From Deinococcota bacterium (lineage in GTDB: Bacteria > Deinococcota > Deinococci > Deinococcales > Thermaceae), in assembly GCA_041695225.1 (NCBI GenBank), contig JBGFRI010000007.1:1-64000 (forward strand): a DNA stretch of 64,000 bases. The letters run 5' to 3'. Below the pieces are notes generated by a model that saw only the letters and a list, made by a program, of their open reading frames with translations, did no database searches and was not told the DNA's origin. The position numbers and the translations under genes are program-made. Of the stretch, positions 20,501 to 28,917 are shown piece by piece. Within the stretch, counting starts at the first letter, position 1. Every line of letters begins with the position of its first letter.

Positions 20501-21288
20501 AAACTGCGCTGCTGGGCTGGGTCTTCACCCACGGCCTGGGTAGCTCCCCCCAAAGCTCTGGCTACCTGGAAGAATGGCGGCTGGGGCAGATTCTGGAGCA
20601 GTGCTTACTGGACGCCGGGCTCGAGGCCCAGCAGGCCCGGCAGTCTGTGGGGCTGACCAGGCTCCTTCTGGCCCACCCCGGGCTGGCTCATGACCCCAAA
20701 GGCTTCCTGAAAAACCTGCCCGGCCTATTACAAGAACCGCTGGTGCAAGGCTTCTTGCGGGTCAACCGGTTCGCCGGCCTGGTTTACTTCAATCGCGAGG
20801 CCCATCAGGACCTTCTGACCGGCCTGCGCCTGTTCTCGCAGGCCCTGGCCCATGCCCAGGGCCGAAAGCCTCACCACATTGCTGCCAACCGCCAGGCCTG
20901 GGCCGCCGTTGCGGCCAGGCTGGGCAAGCTCGCCAAGGCCGAGGGCTACCAGCTAGAACCCTACCTGGCACAGATACGTTCCACCAGCCGAAAACCCAAA
21001 AAGCGGGCTGTTCCGGCCAGGCGGCATACCAGCAAAGCCAGCCACGACCTGACCCGCATCTGGGGAGTCGGGCCAAAGATAGCGGCGGCCCTGAACGCGG
21101 CCGGCATAACCACTTTCGACCAGCTCGCCAGAGCCCAGGAAGAAACCCTCAAAAACGCCGTAGCTGCTGCCGGCCTGCGCCCGACCCCCAGCCTCTATTC
21201 CTGGTCCAGACAGGCGGCTTATCTGGCAAAAGGCGACGAGCAGGGCTTTGTTACCTATAGCAAGCAAGTCCGAGGCGAGGGCAGCTAG
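17590..21288 (+). CDS. Large GH13 alpha-amylase-family protein with C-terminal helix-hairpin-helix domain
   Basis: DMVPNH, RFDAA, LAEAFW, FLSNPDE regions; C-terminal DLTRIWGVGPKIAAALNAAGITTF. Confidence 0.88.
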   Translation: MSCQEPRPGTFEFHVSASARDFYQFDLSLFSLSGNVIFADFQAARRFAEAMNARRDLVRYPERAVSASQINALGLIDEMLHFVVRQYVEQHPDVMQKALQALESSVGADQVEKTLRAFAAEFPPVRVYRREITLEDYLAGATEGRSNREILLEELLMLWMANANPAFAPFSELFDDGSLEATTLYLPIIQNLESFFEGQPAFAETGLSLFKTLRLPALEYPDSLEGQLEFLLRRFGGALGQFYYRLLIGLDVIREEKRSFAVPIQFDQPGGGGGESELLDIRRLLQEPEPEAFSPDLDWMPRCVLMAKNALVWLDQLSKKYQREIKTLDQVPDEELEILASWGVTCLWLIGLWERSKASRRIKQLMGNPEAEASAYSLYDYVVAADLGGEAAVQVLRQKAARRGIRLASDMVPNHVGIDGRWVIEHPDWFISLPYPPYPKYTFSGPDLSSDERVGIYLEDHYYDKSDAAVVFKRLDRSSGQVRYIYHGNDGTGMPWNDTAQLNYLDPQVREAVIQTILHVARQFPIIRFDAAMTLTKRHIQRLWFPEPGGSPWGDSIPSRAEHALTREQFDAAMPVEFWREVVDRVALEAPDTLLLAEAFWMMEGYFVRSLGMHRVYNSAFMNMLRDEKNAEYRQIMKNTLEFEPEILKRFVNFLSNPDEKTAVEQFGKGDKYFGAMTLCATLPGLPMLGHGQVEGFGERYGMEYRRAYYHETADEGLVDYHYQQIFPLLRKRYLFAEVENFVLYDAHEGHAVNEDVFVYSNRAGSERALVAFHNKYSQARVWVRRSVGQPFKTGLGRETRQVGLGEGLQLSYDSRVFSILRDQVTGLEYLHNNQELHEKGLYLELGPYQRKVFLDWREVYDADGSYAQLAAMLEGRGVASIAEARLELWLAPVHKPFRELVNPAFLRRLLALKTLEDPLRQETQERLLEFYQGIDGFAGSRLDLQPIQTVLARLDGVLRANQAKCGLWVKTALLGWVFTHGLGSSPQSSGYLEEWRLGQILEQCLLDAGLEAQQARQSVGLTRLLLAHPGLAHDPKGFLKNLPGLLQEPLVQGFLRVNRFAGLVYFNREAHQDLLTGLRLFSQALAHAQGRKPHHIAANRQAWAAVAARLGKLAKAEGYQLEPYLAQIRSTSRKPKKRAVPARRHTSKASHDLTRIWGVGPKIAAALNAAGITTFDQLARAQEETLKNAVAAAGLRPTPSLYSWSRQAAYLAKGDEQGFVTYSKQVRGEGS

Positions 21289-21316
21289 AGTACGTTCGAG
21301 CAACCTCCTCTCCCCT

Positions 21317-21356
21317 TAGGTTACGGCTTTGCCGGAATCGCGCAAGCGACTCGCCT
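21317..21356. repeat. ~40-bp TAGGTTAC double-hairpin mini-element inserted in a REP loop
   Basis: Absent from the homologous REP at 28598; reverse copies at 61473-61536. Confidence 0.75.
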
Positions 21357-21683
21357 CGGTGGGAGAGGCTGGGTGAGGGGGGTGAGCGCAGCGAAGCATG
21401 GCGTCTTTGGCGTCATTCAACCCTCACCCCAACCCTCTCCCAAGCTTGGGAGAGGGGGCCCAGAGTACCGTCCTTTCACCTACCGTACTACCAAAAAACT
21501 CCCTTGGGTTTGGTCGCCACAGGTGCGCGGGGCTCATGGAAAACTCACTCCCCCCTCGTCATTGCGAGGAGGCCAAAGGCCGACGAAGCAATCCAGGAGG
21601 GGCGCGAACGCACTTTGGCCGCCGGGGTGATCTGGATTGCTTCCCCTTCGGCTACGCCTCAGGGTCGCAATGAACCTAGTATG

Positions 21684-22657
21684 TCAAGTAGGCCCACCAG
21701 CCATAGCCTTCAAGACCCGGTAGACCTCCCGAGCCAGATAAGTCTTGAGCAGGCGCAGAGCCTCCCGTGAGGTTTTCCCCTCAGCCTGCTTACGCAGGAA
21801 GTAATCCCGAGCCCCCTGCTGATTCAGACGAATCCGGGTTAGTACCGACAGGTGCAGAGCATGGTTGATGCGCCGGTTTCCCCCAGGGTTCACACACTCC
21901 CGCCCGACCTTACCACTGCCTCTGTGCACCGGGGCAGCCCCGCAGTAGCTGGCAAAGTGATGCTCGCTGGGAAAGCGCTGGATATCCCCTGTCTCTGCCA
22001 GCAGGATACCGGCAGTCACCGGTCCGATGCCGGGACAGGCCAGCAGCCCTGGGGCCTGCTGCTTGACCTGCTGGTGGATCTCGCCATCCAGCCAGGCTAT
22101 AGCCTGGTCCAAAGCAGCCAGGAGAGGCTGGGTCTGCTCGACGAGACCGGGCAGCGGGGTGCGCAGCTGGCTCAGGCTCATGCGCAGGGCTTTGCGCATC
22201 TCTACCAGATGGGTGCGCCGACGGGTCAGGTCTTGCAAGGCCACTGTTGCCTCCGAGGGCAGGTAGGCCGGTAGCTGGGGGTTGGCCAGCAAGGCCCTGG
22301 CCGCGTGAGCAGCATGGATTAATCACCCCCATCCTCGGCCACTCGGTCGCCCAGTCTATCGCGCTGGTCGTCCTTACGCCGTTCTACCCGCCTGCGATAC
22401 TGGCTGGTCAGGGCGGGGTGGATGTTGTATATCCTCGCCCCCTGCTGGGCCAGGTAGCGGCTCAGGGGCAGGGTGAAGTAGTTGGCGGCGCCTTCGATAG
22501 CCCAGCGGGGCTGGGGGAACTGAGCCGCCCAGTCAGCCAGGCTGGCAAAGCCTTTAGGGTGGTTAGGGACACAACGCTGGCCCAGTATCCGGCCATCGCT
22601 GTCAAGGGCTACTGCAATGTGCTCGGTCTGGTGAGGGTCTACGCCTATAATGACCAT
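21684..22657 (-). pseudogene. IS110 DEDD recombinase disrupted by a 44-bp insertion
   Basis: GVDPH, AIEGA, KDDQRD|AA, PGIGPVTA, RGSGK; removing 44 bp restores a 309-aa frame. Confidence 0.93.
22316..22357. mobile_element. 42-bp mini-element with AT on both sides
   Basis: Interrupts the recombinase at GAT|GCT; copies at 7832, 50796, 57030 and 57074. Confidence 0.9.
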
Positions 22658-22675
22658 TGATCACCTCCAGTGATC

Positions 22676-22822
22676 GGGCTGCTCTGGCAAGTCTGAGATG
22701 GGATTGAGCTACGAAAGCACCCTAGTATCAGGCCTGAGCAGCCTTTGCTTGGTTAGGCCCAAGGCGAGCAGTTCATTGCCAAGCCACAGGGGCAGACGAT
22801 CGGAGGGCTACGCCTTGAACCT
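22676..22822 (-). ncRNA. Candidate IS110 bridge RNA
   Basis: Two hairpins with internal loops; loop 1 carries TCGTC and GCAATGA (target), loop 2 carries ATACTAGG and CAGA (donor junction). Confidence 0.8.
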
Positions 22823-23003
22823 GATACCAGTTTGTCATACAGACGAAAAAATCCATTCCATTGCGAGGAGGCCTACTAAGAAACTCCCTTGGGTTTCGTC
22901 GCTATGGGTGGGTGTAGCACATGGAAAACTCATTAAAAGTTCTCCCCTAGAGAGTGGGTGTCCTGGCAAGATCTAAACGCCCTCCAGGCTTCCATCCAAA
23001 GGC

Positions 23004-23933
23004 CTACCGAGAGGAGCCACCCTGGCCGGGCTGCTGCAAATCGGTTATCTGGGGCTTCAGGCCAAGCTTTTCGATGTACTCGAGGTAGTCCGCCTCATCA
23101 AGGGGATACTTTCCGGCAAGCGCCACAATAAAAGCCTCCATCACATTGGTGCCAAAGCTGCGGCCTTCAATCTGGGGAGTGCTGGTAATGAGCCTGGCAA
23201 TGCCCCTGGCCCGCATAAATTCGATATCCTCCGGGGTGACGGTATTGGTCAGGATAACCTTGCCCTGCATCTGGTCGGGCATAAACCGGCGCATCAGATG
23301 CCAGTCGCCCGCTATCACATCGGCCCAGGCAAAGTAGCGCTGCCGCCAGTCCTGTACCTGTTTTTCCTGTTTCTCTCCCGTGGGGTAAAGCCACTTGAAA
23401 GGCAGCTTGGTGATGATGGGCAGCAGCAGATAGGCCAGTTTTTGCAGCAGCGAGAGCCGGTAAAGCGGAATGGGCAGCCCCAGACCAAATATCAGGTCGC
23501 CATAGAGTACCCTGGCCCCGGTCTCTTCCAGGGCTTCGGCCAGGCCAAACCGATCTACCGCGCTGGGAACCAGCACTTTTTTGTCTTTCCAGCCAATCTG
23601 GGCGTCTAACTGCCGCACCAGGTTGCGCTCGAGGGTATGCTTCAAGCCCGAGCCATCCAGCATAGGAGTCTGCACGGCGGCCTGGGCCAGACGCTCGGCA
23701 TCCCGAAAGGCATAGCGGCGGCTGCCTGCATACACATACAGGTCGGCCCCGCCCAGGCCAAAGGCATCTACCTTGCCGTCTAGCTCCCTCACCAGCTCGA
23801 TGGCTTTTTCCCAGCTTCCATCGGTTCCGATCCGCTCCAGAACAAAGCTCTCCTCCAAACCCGCCAGCCGTACCTCGACCCTGGAGTTGCGCTTGGAAGA
23901 CCCTATCGAGACACTCACCACACGTTTGGGCAT
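23004..23933 (-). CDS. Conserved protein (family often labelled quinate 5-dehydrogenase; function unverified)
   Basis: KRVVSVSIGSS, DGSGLKHTLE, GRSFGTNVMEA. Confidence 0.8.
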   Translation of the reverse strand: MPKRVVSVSIGSSKRNSRVEVRLAGLEESFVLERIGTDGSWEKAIELVRELDGKVDAFGLGGADLYVYAGSRRYAFRDAERLAQAAVQTPMLDGSGLKHTLERNLVRQLDAQIGWKDKKVLVPSAVDRFGLAEALEETGARVLYGDLIFGLGLPIPLYRLSLLQKLAYLLLPIITKLPFKWLYPTGEKQEKQVQDWRQRYFAWADVIAGDWHLMRRFMPDQMQGKVILTNTVTPEDIEFMRARGIARLITSTPQIEGRSFGTNVMEAFIVALAGKYPLDEADYLEYIEKLGLKPQITDLQQPGQGGSSR

Positions 23934-24083
23934 GGCTCACAGTCTACTACTGCCCCGGCCCGGTAGCAGGCAGAACACCGGAACGGGTCGGCCCCACCAG
24001 ATGGGTCAAACTGCCCGCCGTCTGCCCGCTAGCTGGATATAATTCTCCCAGCGACATTTGCACAAAACGCCAAGGAGAAGCCT

Positions 24084-25037
24084 ATGTGGAAAGCCCTGCT
24101 AGCCAGCCTGACCCTGCTCGCATCCACCGCCCTGGCCAACCCCCTGCTCACCCGCGATTTCTGGCTCAACGCCACCCCCGAAAGCCTCCGCGAGGCCGTG
24201 CGTAGGGGGGCAGAGGTGAATGCGAGAGGCCCGCTTGAAGCGACACCATTGCACCTGGCCGCACACAACAACACCAATCCCGAGGTCATCCGCACCCTGG
24301 TGGGGCTGGGGGCGGAGTTGAATACCAGAGACCAGGGTGGATGGACGCCCTTGCATCACGCCGCAGCTTTCAATACCAGCCCCGAGGTCATCCGCACCCT
24401 GGTGGGGCTGGGGGCGGAGTTGAATGCCAGAAACCAGTTGGGTTCGACACCCTTGCATCTTGCTGCGGGCCGCAACACCAATCCTGAGGTCATCCGTACC
24501 CTGGTGGGGCTGGGGGCGGAGTTGAATGCCAGAGACCAGGGTGGATGGACGCCCTTGCATTCTGCTGCGGGCCGCAACACCAATCCTGAGGTCATCCGCA
24601 CCCTGGTGGGGCTGGGAGCCGAGGTGAATACCAGAGACCAGGGTGGATGGACGCCCTTGCATCACGCCGCAGCTTTTAATACCAGCCCCAAGGCCATCCG
24701 CGCCCTGGTCGGGCTGGGGGCGGTGGTGAATGCCAGAGACCAGTGGGGTTGGACGCCCTTGCATCTTGCTGCGGGCCGCAACACCAATCCTGAGGTCATC
24801 CGTACCCTGGTGGGGCTGGGGGCGGAGGTAAATGCCAGGAGTCGAGATGGTTTGACGCCCTTGCATTATGCTGCACGTTCTGGCAAAACATCTGCGGTGG
24901 TACTGGTTTTGCTCGAGCTTGGGGCCGACCACCGGGCCAGAACCGCTGCTGGCAGCACTGCATGGGACTTGATACAGCGGAACGAACACCTTAGGAACAG
25001 TCCGGCGTTCTGGCGGCTAAATGATCTCCGGTTCTAA
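24084..25037 (+). CDS. Secreted ankyrin-repeat protein, copy 1 (7 repeats)
   Basis: Signal peptide MWKALLASLTLLASTALA; 34-aa TPLH repeats; AAGGAG SD; TATAAT upstream. Confidence 0.93.
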   Translation: MWKALLASLTLLASTALANPLLTRDFWLNATPESLREAVRRGAEVNARGPLEATPLHLAAHNNTNPEVIRTLVGLGAELNTRDQGGWTPLHHAAAFNTSPEVIRTLVGLGAELNARNQLGSTPLHLAAGRNTNPEVIRTLVGLGAELNARDQGGWTPLHSAAGRNTNPEVIRTLVGLGAEVNTRDQGGWTPLHHAAAFNTSPKAIRALVGLGAVVNARDQWGWTPLHLAAGRNTNPEVIRTLVGLGAEVNARSRDGLTPLHYAARSGKTSAVVLVLLELGADHRARTAAGSTAWDLIQRNEHLRNSPAFWRLNDLRF

Positions 25038-25298
25038 AGGGCTATGGCAGCAACAGGCGCAAGAGCCCAAAAGCCGCAAGGGGTGCTGCCAGTAGCCAGA
25101 AAATGTAGGCCGTTCGACGGCTGGCCGCCCACCACACGTTTGGGCATGGCTCACAGTCTACTACTGCCCTGGCCCGGCAGCAGGCAGAATATCGGACCTG
25201 GCCGGCCCCACCAGATGGGTCAAACTGGCCTCCGTCTGCCCGCTAGCTGGGTATAATTCTCCCAGCGCAATTTGCACAAAACGCCCAAGGAGAAGCCT

Positions 25299-26249
25299 AT
25301 GTGGAAAACCCTGCTAGCCAGCTTGACCCTGCTCGCATCCACCGCCCTGGCCAACCCCCTTTTCACCTCCGATTTCTGGCGAACCGCTACCCCCGAAAGC
25401 CTCCGCGAGGCCGTGCGTGGAGGGGCGAGTGTGACCGCCAGAGACCAGCTTGGACGGACACCCTTGCATTATGCTATGAGCCGAAACACCAACCCTGAAG
25501 TCATCCGCACCCTGGTGGGGCTGGGGGCGGAGGTGAATGCCAGAGACCAGGACGGAAAGACACCCTTGCATTTTGCGGGATTCAGCAACACCAATCCCGA
25601 GGTCATCCGCGCCCTGGTGGGGCTGGGGGCGGAGGTGAATACCCCAAACGAGCGTGGATGGTCACCCTTGCACTTTGCTGGCTACAACACCAATCCCGAG
25701 ATCATCCGCGCCCTGGTGGGGCTGGGGGCGGAGGTGAATGCTAGAGAACAGAATGGATTGACTCCCTTGCACTTTGCTGCTGGGGCCAACACGAATCCCG
25801 AGGTCATCCGCACCCTGGTGGGGCTGGGGGCGGAGGTGAATGCCAGAGACCAGCATGGATTGACACCGTTAGATCGTGCTGCAATACACAACACCAACCC
25901 CGAGGTTATCCGCGCCCTGGTGGGGCTGAGGGCGGAGGTGAATGCCAGACATCCGCGTGGATGGACGCCCTTGCATTGGGCGGCAAGCAGCAGCACTAGC
26001 CCCGAGGTCATCCGTACCCTGGTGGGGCTGGGGGCGGAGGTGAATGCCAGAGACCGGGCTGGAGAGACGCCCTTGCATCATGCAGCCCGTTTTAGCAGAA
26101 CCTCTTCGGTAGTGCTAGTCTTGCTCGAGCTTGGGGCCGACCACCGGGCCAGAAACACTACCGGCAGCACTGCCTGGGACTTGATACAGCGGAACGAACA
26201 CCTTAGGAACAGTCCGGCGTTCTGGCGGCTAAATGATCTCCGGTTCTAA
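25299..26249 (+). CDS. Secreted ankyrin-repeat protein, copy 2 (7 repeats)
   Basis: Same signal peptide, caps and scaffold as copy 1; different variable residues. Confidence 0.93.
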   Translation: MWKTLLASLTLLASTALANPLFTSDFWRTATPESLREAVRGGASVTARDQLGRTPLHYAMSRNTNPEVIRTLVGLGAEVNARDQDGKTPLHFAGFSNTNPEVIRALVGLGAEVNTPNERGWSPLHFAGYNTNPEIIRALVGLGAEVNAREQNGLTPLHFAAGANTNPEVIRTLVGLGAEVNARDQHGLTPLDRAAIHNTNPEVIRALVGLRAEVNARHPRGWTPLHWAASSSTSPEVIRTLVGLGAEVNARDRAGETPLHHAARFSRTSSVVLVLLELGADHRARNTTGSTAWDLIQRNEHLRNSPAFWRLNDLRF

Positions 26250-26253
26250 AGGG

Positions 26254-26442
26254 CTATGGCAGCAACAGGCGCAAGAGCCCAAAAGCCGCAAAGGCTGCTG
26301 CCAGTAGCCAGAAAACGTAGGCGGTACGCTTGCTGGCCCCCCCCTGCGAGGCAAACGTCCAGATTAGCAGGCCCAGCAAGGCCGAGGCCAGCGCCAGAGC
26401 AAACAGCAGCTCGGGCAGGTGGGCGAAAATTGGCGCAAACAC
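26254..26442 (-). CDS. Small two-TM membrane protein
   Basis: GGAGG SD then GTG; two hydrophobic helices; directly downstream of tkt. Confidence 0.7.
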   Translation of the reverse strand: MFAPIFAHLPELLFALALASALLGLLIWTFASQGGASKRTAYVFWLLAAAFAAFGLLRLLLP

Positions 26443-26463
26443 CCATACCTCCGTTCAACAGAC

Positions 26464-28428
26464 TCATGCCAGGCCCAGCAGAGCCCGCACCTCGGCCGCC
26501 ACCTGGTCGCTGGTGAAGCCCAGCTTTGGGTATACCTGGGCCAAAGGAGCGCTGGCCCCATAGCGGTTCAGGCCCAGCGTGCGCTGGGCGTAGCGCTCCC
26601 AGCCCAGGGTGGCTCCGGCCTCGATAGCCAGGGTGGGCAGGTTTTTGGGCAGAATTCCCTCCCGGTACGTCGCGGGCTGGGCCTCGAAGGCCTCCCAGCA
26701 GGGCAGGCTGACCACCCGCACCGGGATATTCTCGGCGGCCAGGGCTTTCTGGGCTTCCAGTGCCAGCGAGACCTCCGAGCCAGTGGCTACAATGGCGGCC
26801 CTGGCCTCGGGGGTGTTGGAGAGGATATAACCCCCGCGCTCGACGCCCTTGGGCCTAACCCCGTCCAGCACCGGCAGGGCCTGGCGGGTCAGGATCAGGG
26901 CGGTGGGGCCGTCGGTGCGGTCCAGGGCCATCTTCCAGGCTATGGCGGTCTCGCGGGCATCGGCCGGGCGGATCACCCACAGGTTCGGGATGGCCCGCAG
27001 GCTCATCAGGTGCTCGACTGGCTGGTGGGTGGGGCCGTCTTCCCCTACGGCAATGGAGTCGTGGGTAAAGACAAATATGGTTGGAACACCCATCAGCGCG
27101 GCCAGGCGGATGGCCGGGCGCATGTAGTCGGAGAAAACCAGGAAGGTGCCCCCATAAGGCCGCAAGGCCCTGCTTAAGACCATGCCGTTCATAGCCGCGC
27201 CCATGGCGTGTTCCCGCACGCCATAGCGGATATAGCGCCCTGTCGGGTTGTGGTGGCTGAAGTCGGTCATGTCCGGGGTGCGGGTGTTGTTGGAAGGGGT
27301 CAGGTCGGCCGAGCCGCCAATTAGCTCCGGCAGCACCGGAACCAGTTTTTCCAGCACTCTGCCCGAGGCCGCGCGAGTGGCCAGCTTTTCCCCGGCGGCG
27401 AAGGTGGGAAGGTGGGCCTCCCAGCCCTGGGGCAGTCTGCGCTCCAGGCGGCGCTGGAACTCGGCGGCTTTTTCGGGGTGGGACTGGGCGAAGGCCTCGA
27501 GGCTAGCCTGCCACTCGGCCTGGGCCCTGGCTCCCTTTTCGATGGCCTGCTGGTAGTCGGCATAGACCTCTTCGGGGATCACGAAGGGTTTGTGCGTCCA
27601 GCCCAGAGTCTGCCGGGTAGCTGCCACTTTTTCGGCTCCCATCGCATCAGAGTGGGATTTGTGGTGGCCGGCCAGGGGCGAGCCATATCCGATTACCGTG
27701 CGCACCGAGATCAGGCTGGGGCGGGGGTCGGCCTGGGCCGCTTTTAGCGCGGCGCGGATGGCCTCTAAGTCTTCTCCCTGCACCTCCGGCACCACATGCC
27801 AGCCATAGGCCTGGTAACGCCCCAGGCGGTCTTCGGTGAAAGCCAGCTCGGTGCTGCCGTCAATGGTGACGTCGTTGTCGTCGTAGAGCACAATCAGTCT
27901 GCCCAGCCGCAGATGCCCGGCCAGCGAGGAAGCCTCTGCGCTCACCCCTTCCATCAGGTCGCCATCGGAAGCAATCACATAGGTATAGTGCTGGGCAATT
28001 TCGCCAAACTCGGCGGTCAGTTTGCGCTCGGCAATGGCCATGCCCACCGCCGTAGCCAGGCCCTGCCCCAGCGGGCCGGTGGTGGTCTCGACCCCAGGGG
28101 TATGACCGTACTCGGGGTGGCCCGGGGTTTTGGAATCCCACTGGCGGAAACGCTTTAGTTCTTCCATCGGCAGGTCGTAACCACTCAGGTGTAGCAGCGC
28201 ATACAGCAGCATTGAGCCATGGCCCGCTGATAGTACAAAGCGGTCTCGAGCCGGCCAGAGGGGGTCTTTGGGGTTGTGCTTTAGGAACTCGGTCCACAAC
28301 ACATAGGCGGCTGGCGCCATCCCCATCGGCATTCCAGGGTGGCCCGACCTGGCCTGTTCGACCGCGTCGAGGGCCAGCATGCGAATGGCGTCTATCGAGG
28401 CTTTGACGACGGAAGGGGTCTGGGTCAT
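26464..28428 (-). CDS. tkt: Transketolase
   Basis: [40 protein letters not shown]. Confidence 0.97.
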   Translation of the reverse strand: MTQTPSVVKASIDAIRMLALDAVEQARSGHPGMPMGMAPAAYVLWTEFLKHNPKDPLWPARDRFVLSAGHGSMLLYALLHLSGYDLPMEELKRFRQWDSKTPGHPEYGHTPGVETTTGPLGQGLATAVGMAIAERKLTAEFGEIAQHYTYVIASDGDLMEGVSAEASSLAGHLRLGRLIVLYDDNDVTIDGSTELAFTEDRLGRYQAYGWHVVPEVQGEDLEAIRAALKAAQADPRPSLISVRTVIGYGSPLAGHHKSHSDAMGAEKVAATRQTLGWTHKPFVIPEEVYADYQQAIEKGARAQAEWQASLEAFAQSHPEKAAEFQRRLERRLPQGWEAHLPTFAAGEKLATRAASGRVLEKLVPVLPELIGGSADLTPSNNTRTPDMTDFSHHNPTGRYIRYGVREHAMGAAMNGMVLSRALRPYGGTFLVFSDYMRPAIRLAALMGVPTIFVFTHDSIAVGEDGPTHQPVEHLMSLRAIPNLWVIRPADARETAIAWKMALDRTDGPTALILTRQALPVLDGVRPKGVERGGYILSNTPEARAAIVATGSEVSLALEAQKALAAENIPVRVVSLPCWEAFEAQPATYREGILPKNLPTLAIEAGATLGWERYAQRTLGLNRYGASAPLAQVYPKLGFTSDQVAAEVRALLGLA

Positions 28429-28580
28429 ACCCGGCAATCATAACCCGTCGGTGAACCTCGCTTGTACTGGGCCAGACACTCCCACACACTTATCGTATGA
28501 AACTTCCTCGCTTGCCTGCGGAGAGTGACACGTTTCCAGGTCAAAGTAACTCTTCGCCCCATGGGATAAATAATCCTCTA

Positions 28581-28794
28581 GAGGGCCTTCGAGAAATCTC
28601 CTCTCCCCTGGTGGGAGAGGCTGGGTGAGGGGGTGAGCGCAGCGAACCATGGCGTCTTTGGCAGCATTCAACCCTCACCCCAACCCTCTCCCAAGCTTGG
28701 GAGAGGGGGCCCAGAGTGCCGCCCTTTCGGCAACCGTGCTCACTGACAATTCTCCTCAAGACAGTGGGTGTCCTGGTATTTTCTGAATGTCCTC
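28581..28794. repeat. MITE-like element containing a CCCTCACCCC/GGGAGAGG REP doublet
   Basis: Imperfect terminal inverted repeats GAGGGCCTTCGAGAAAT / ATTTTCTGAATGTCCTC; homologous to the 21288-22984 shell; lone end at 56818-56848. Confidence 0.7.
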
Positions 28795-28917
28795 TGGCCG
28801 GAGTGCATCCTGGTCAGCGGGCTAAAACCAAGCGGATGCAACTTACGCTGAGAACCCAGGCTGATAAGGCTTTCTTTCGCTACACAAGCCCCAACCTGCC
28901 AAGAGCTGTACCTGTAA

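Larger units (their letters stand above)
21674..22843 (-). mobile_element. IS110-family insertion sequence
   Basis: Ends defined against the empty site at 14815-14824; GA core repeated at 21672-73 and 22842-43; no terminal inverted repeats; DEDD recombinase. Confidence 0.95.
21288..22984. mobile_element. MITE-like shell carrying nested repeats and IS110 (empty homolog 28581-28794)
   Basis: Left part 21288-21488 and right part 22930-22984 are collinear with 28581-28794. Confidence 0.7.

Noticed and set aside
22698..22976. 92-aa plus-strand ORF
   Set aside because: It is antisense to the candidate bridge RNA and crosses the IS boundary into repeat sequence
24200..26100. Regular ~102-bp repeats with variable inserts resembling a CRISPR array
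   Set aside because: They are in-frame ankyrin coding repeats; no cas genes are present and the spacing equals the protein repeat length
24084..26249. Diversity-generating retroelement as the source of ankyrin variation
   Set aside because: No reverse transcriptase in the window and no template repeat with adenine-specific differences seen
28438..28759. Short ORFs upstream of tkt
   Set aside because: They run through the REP/MITE sequence and show no protein family signal
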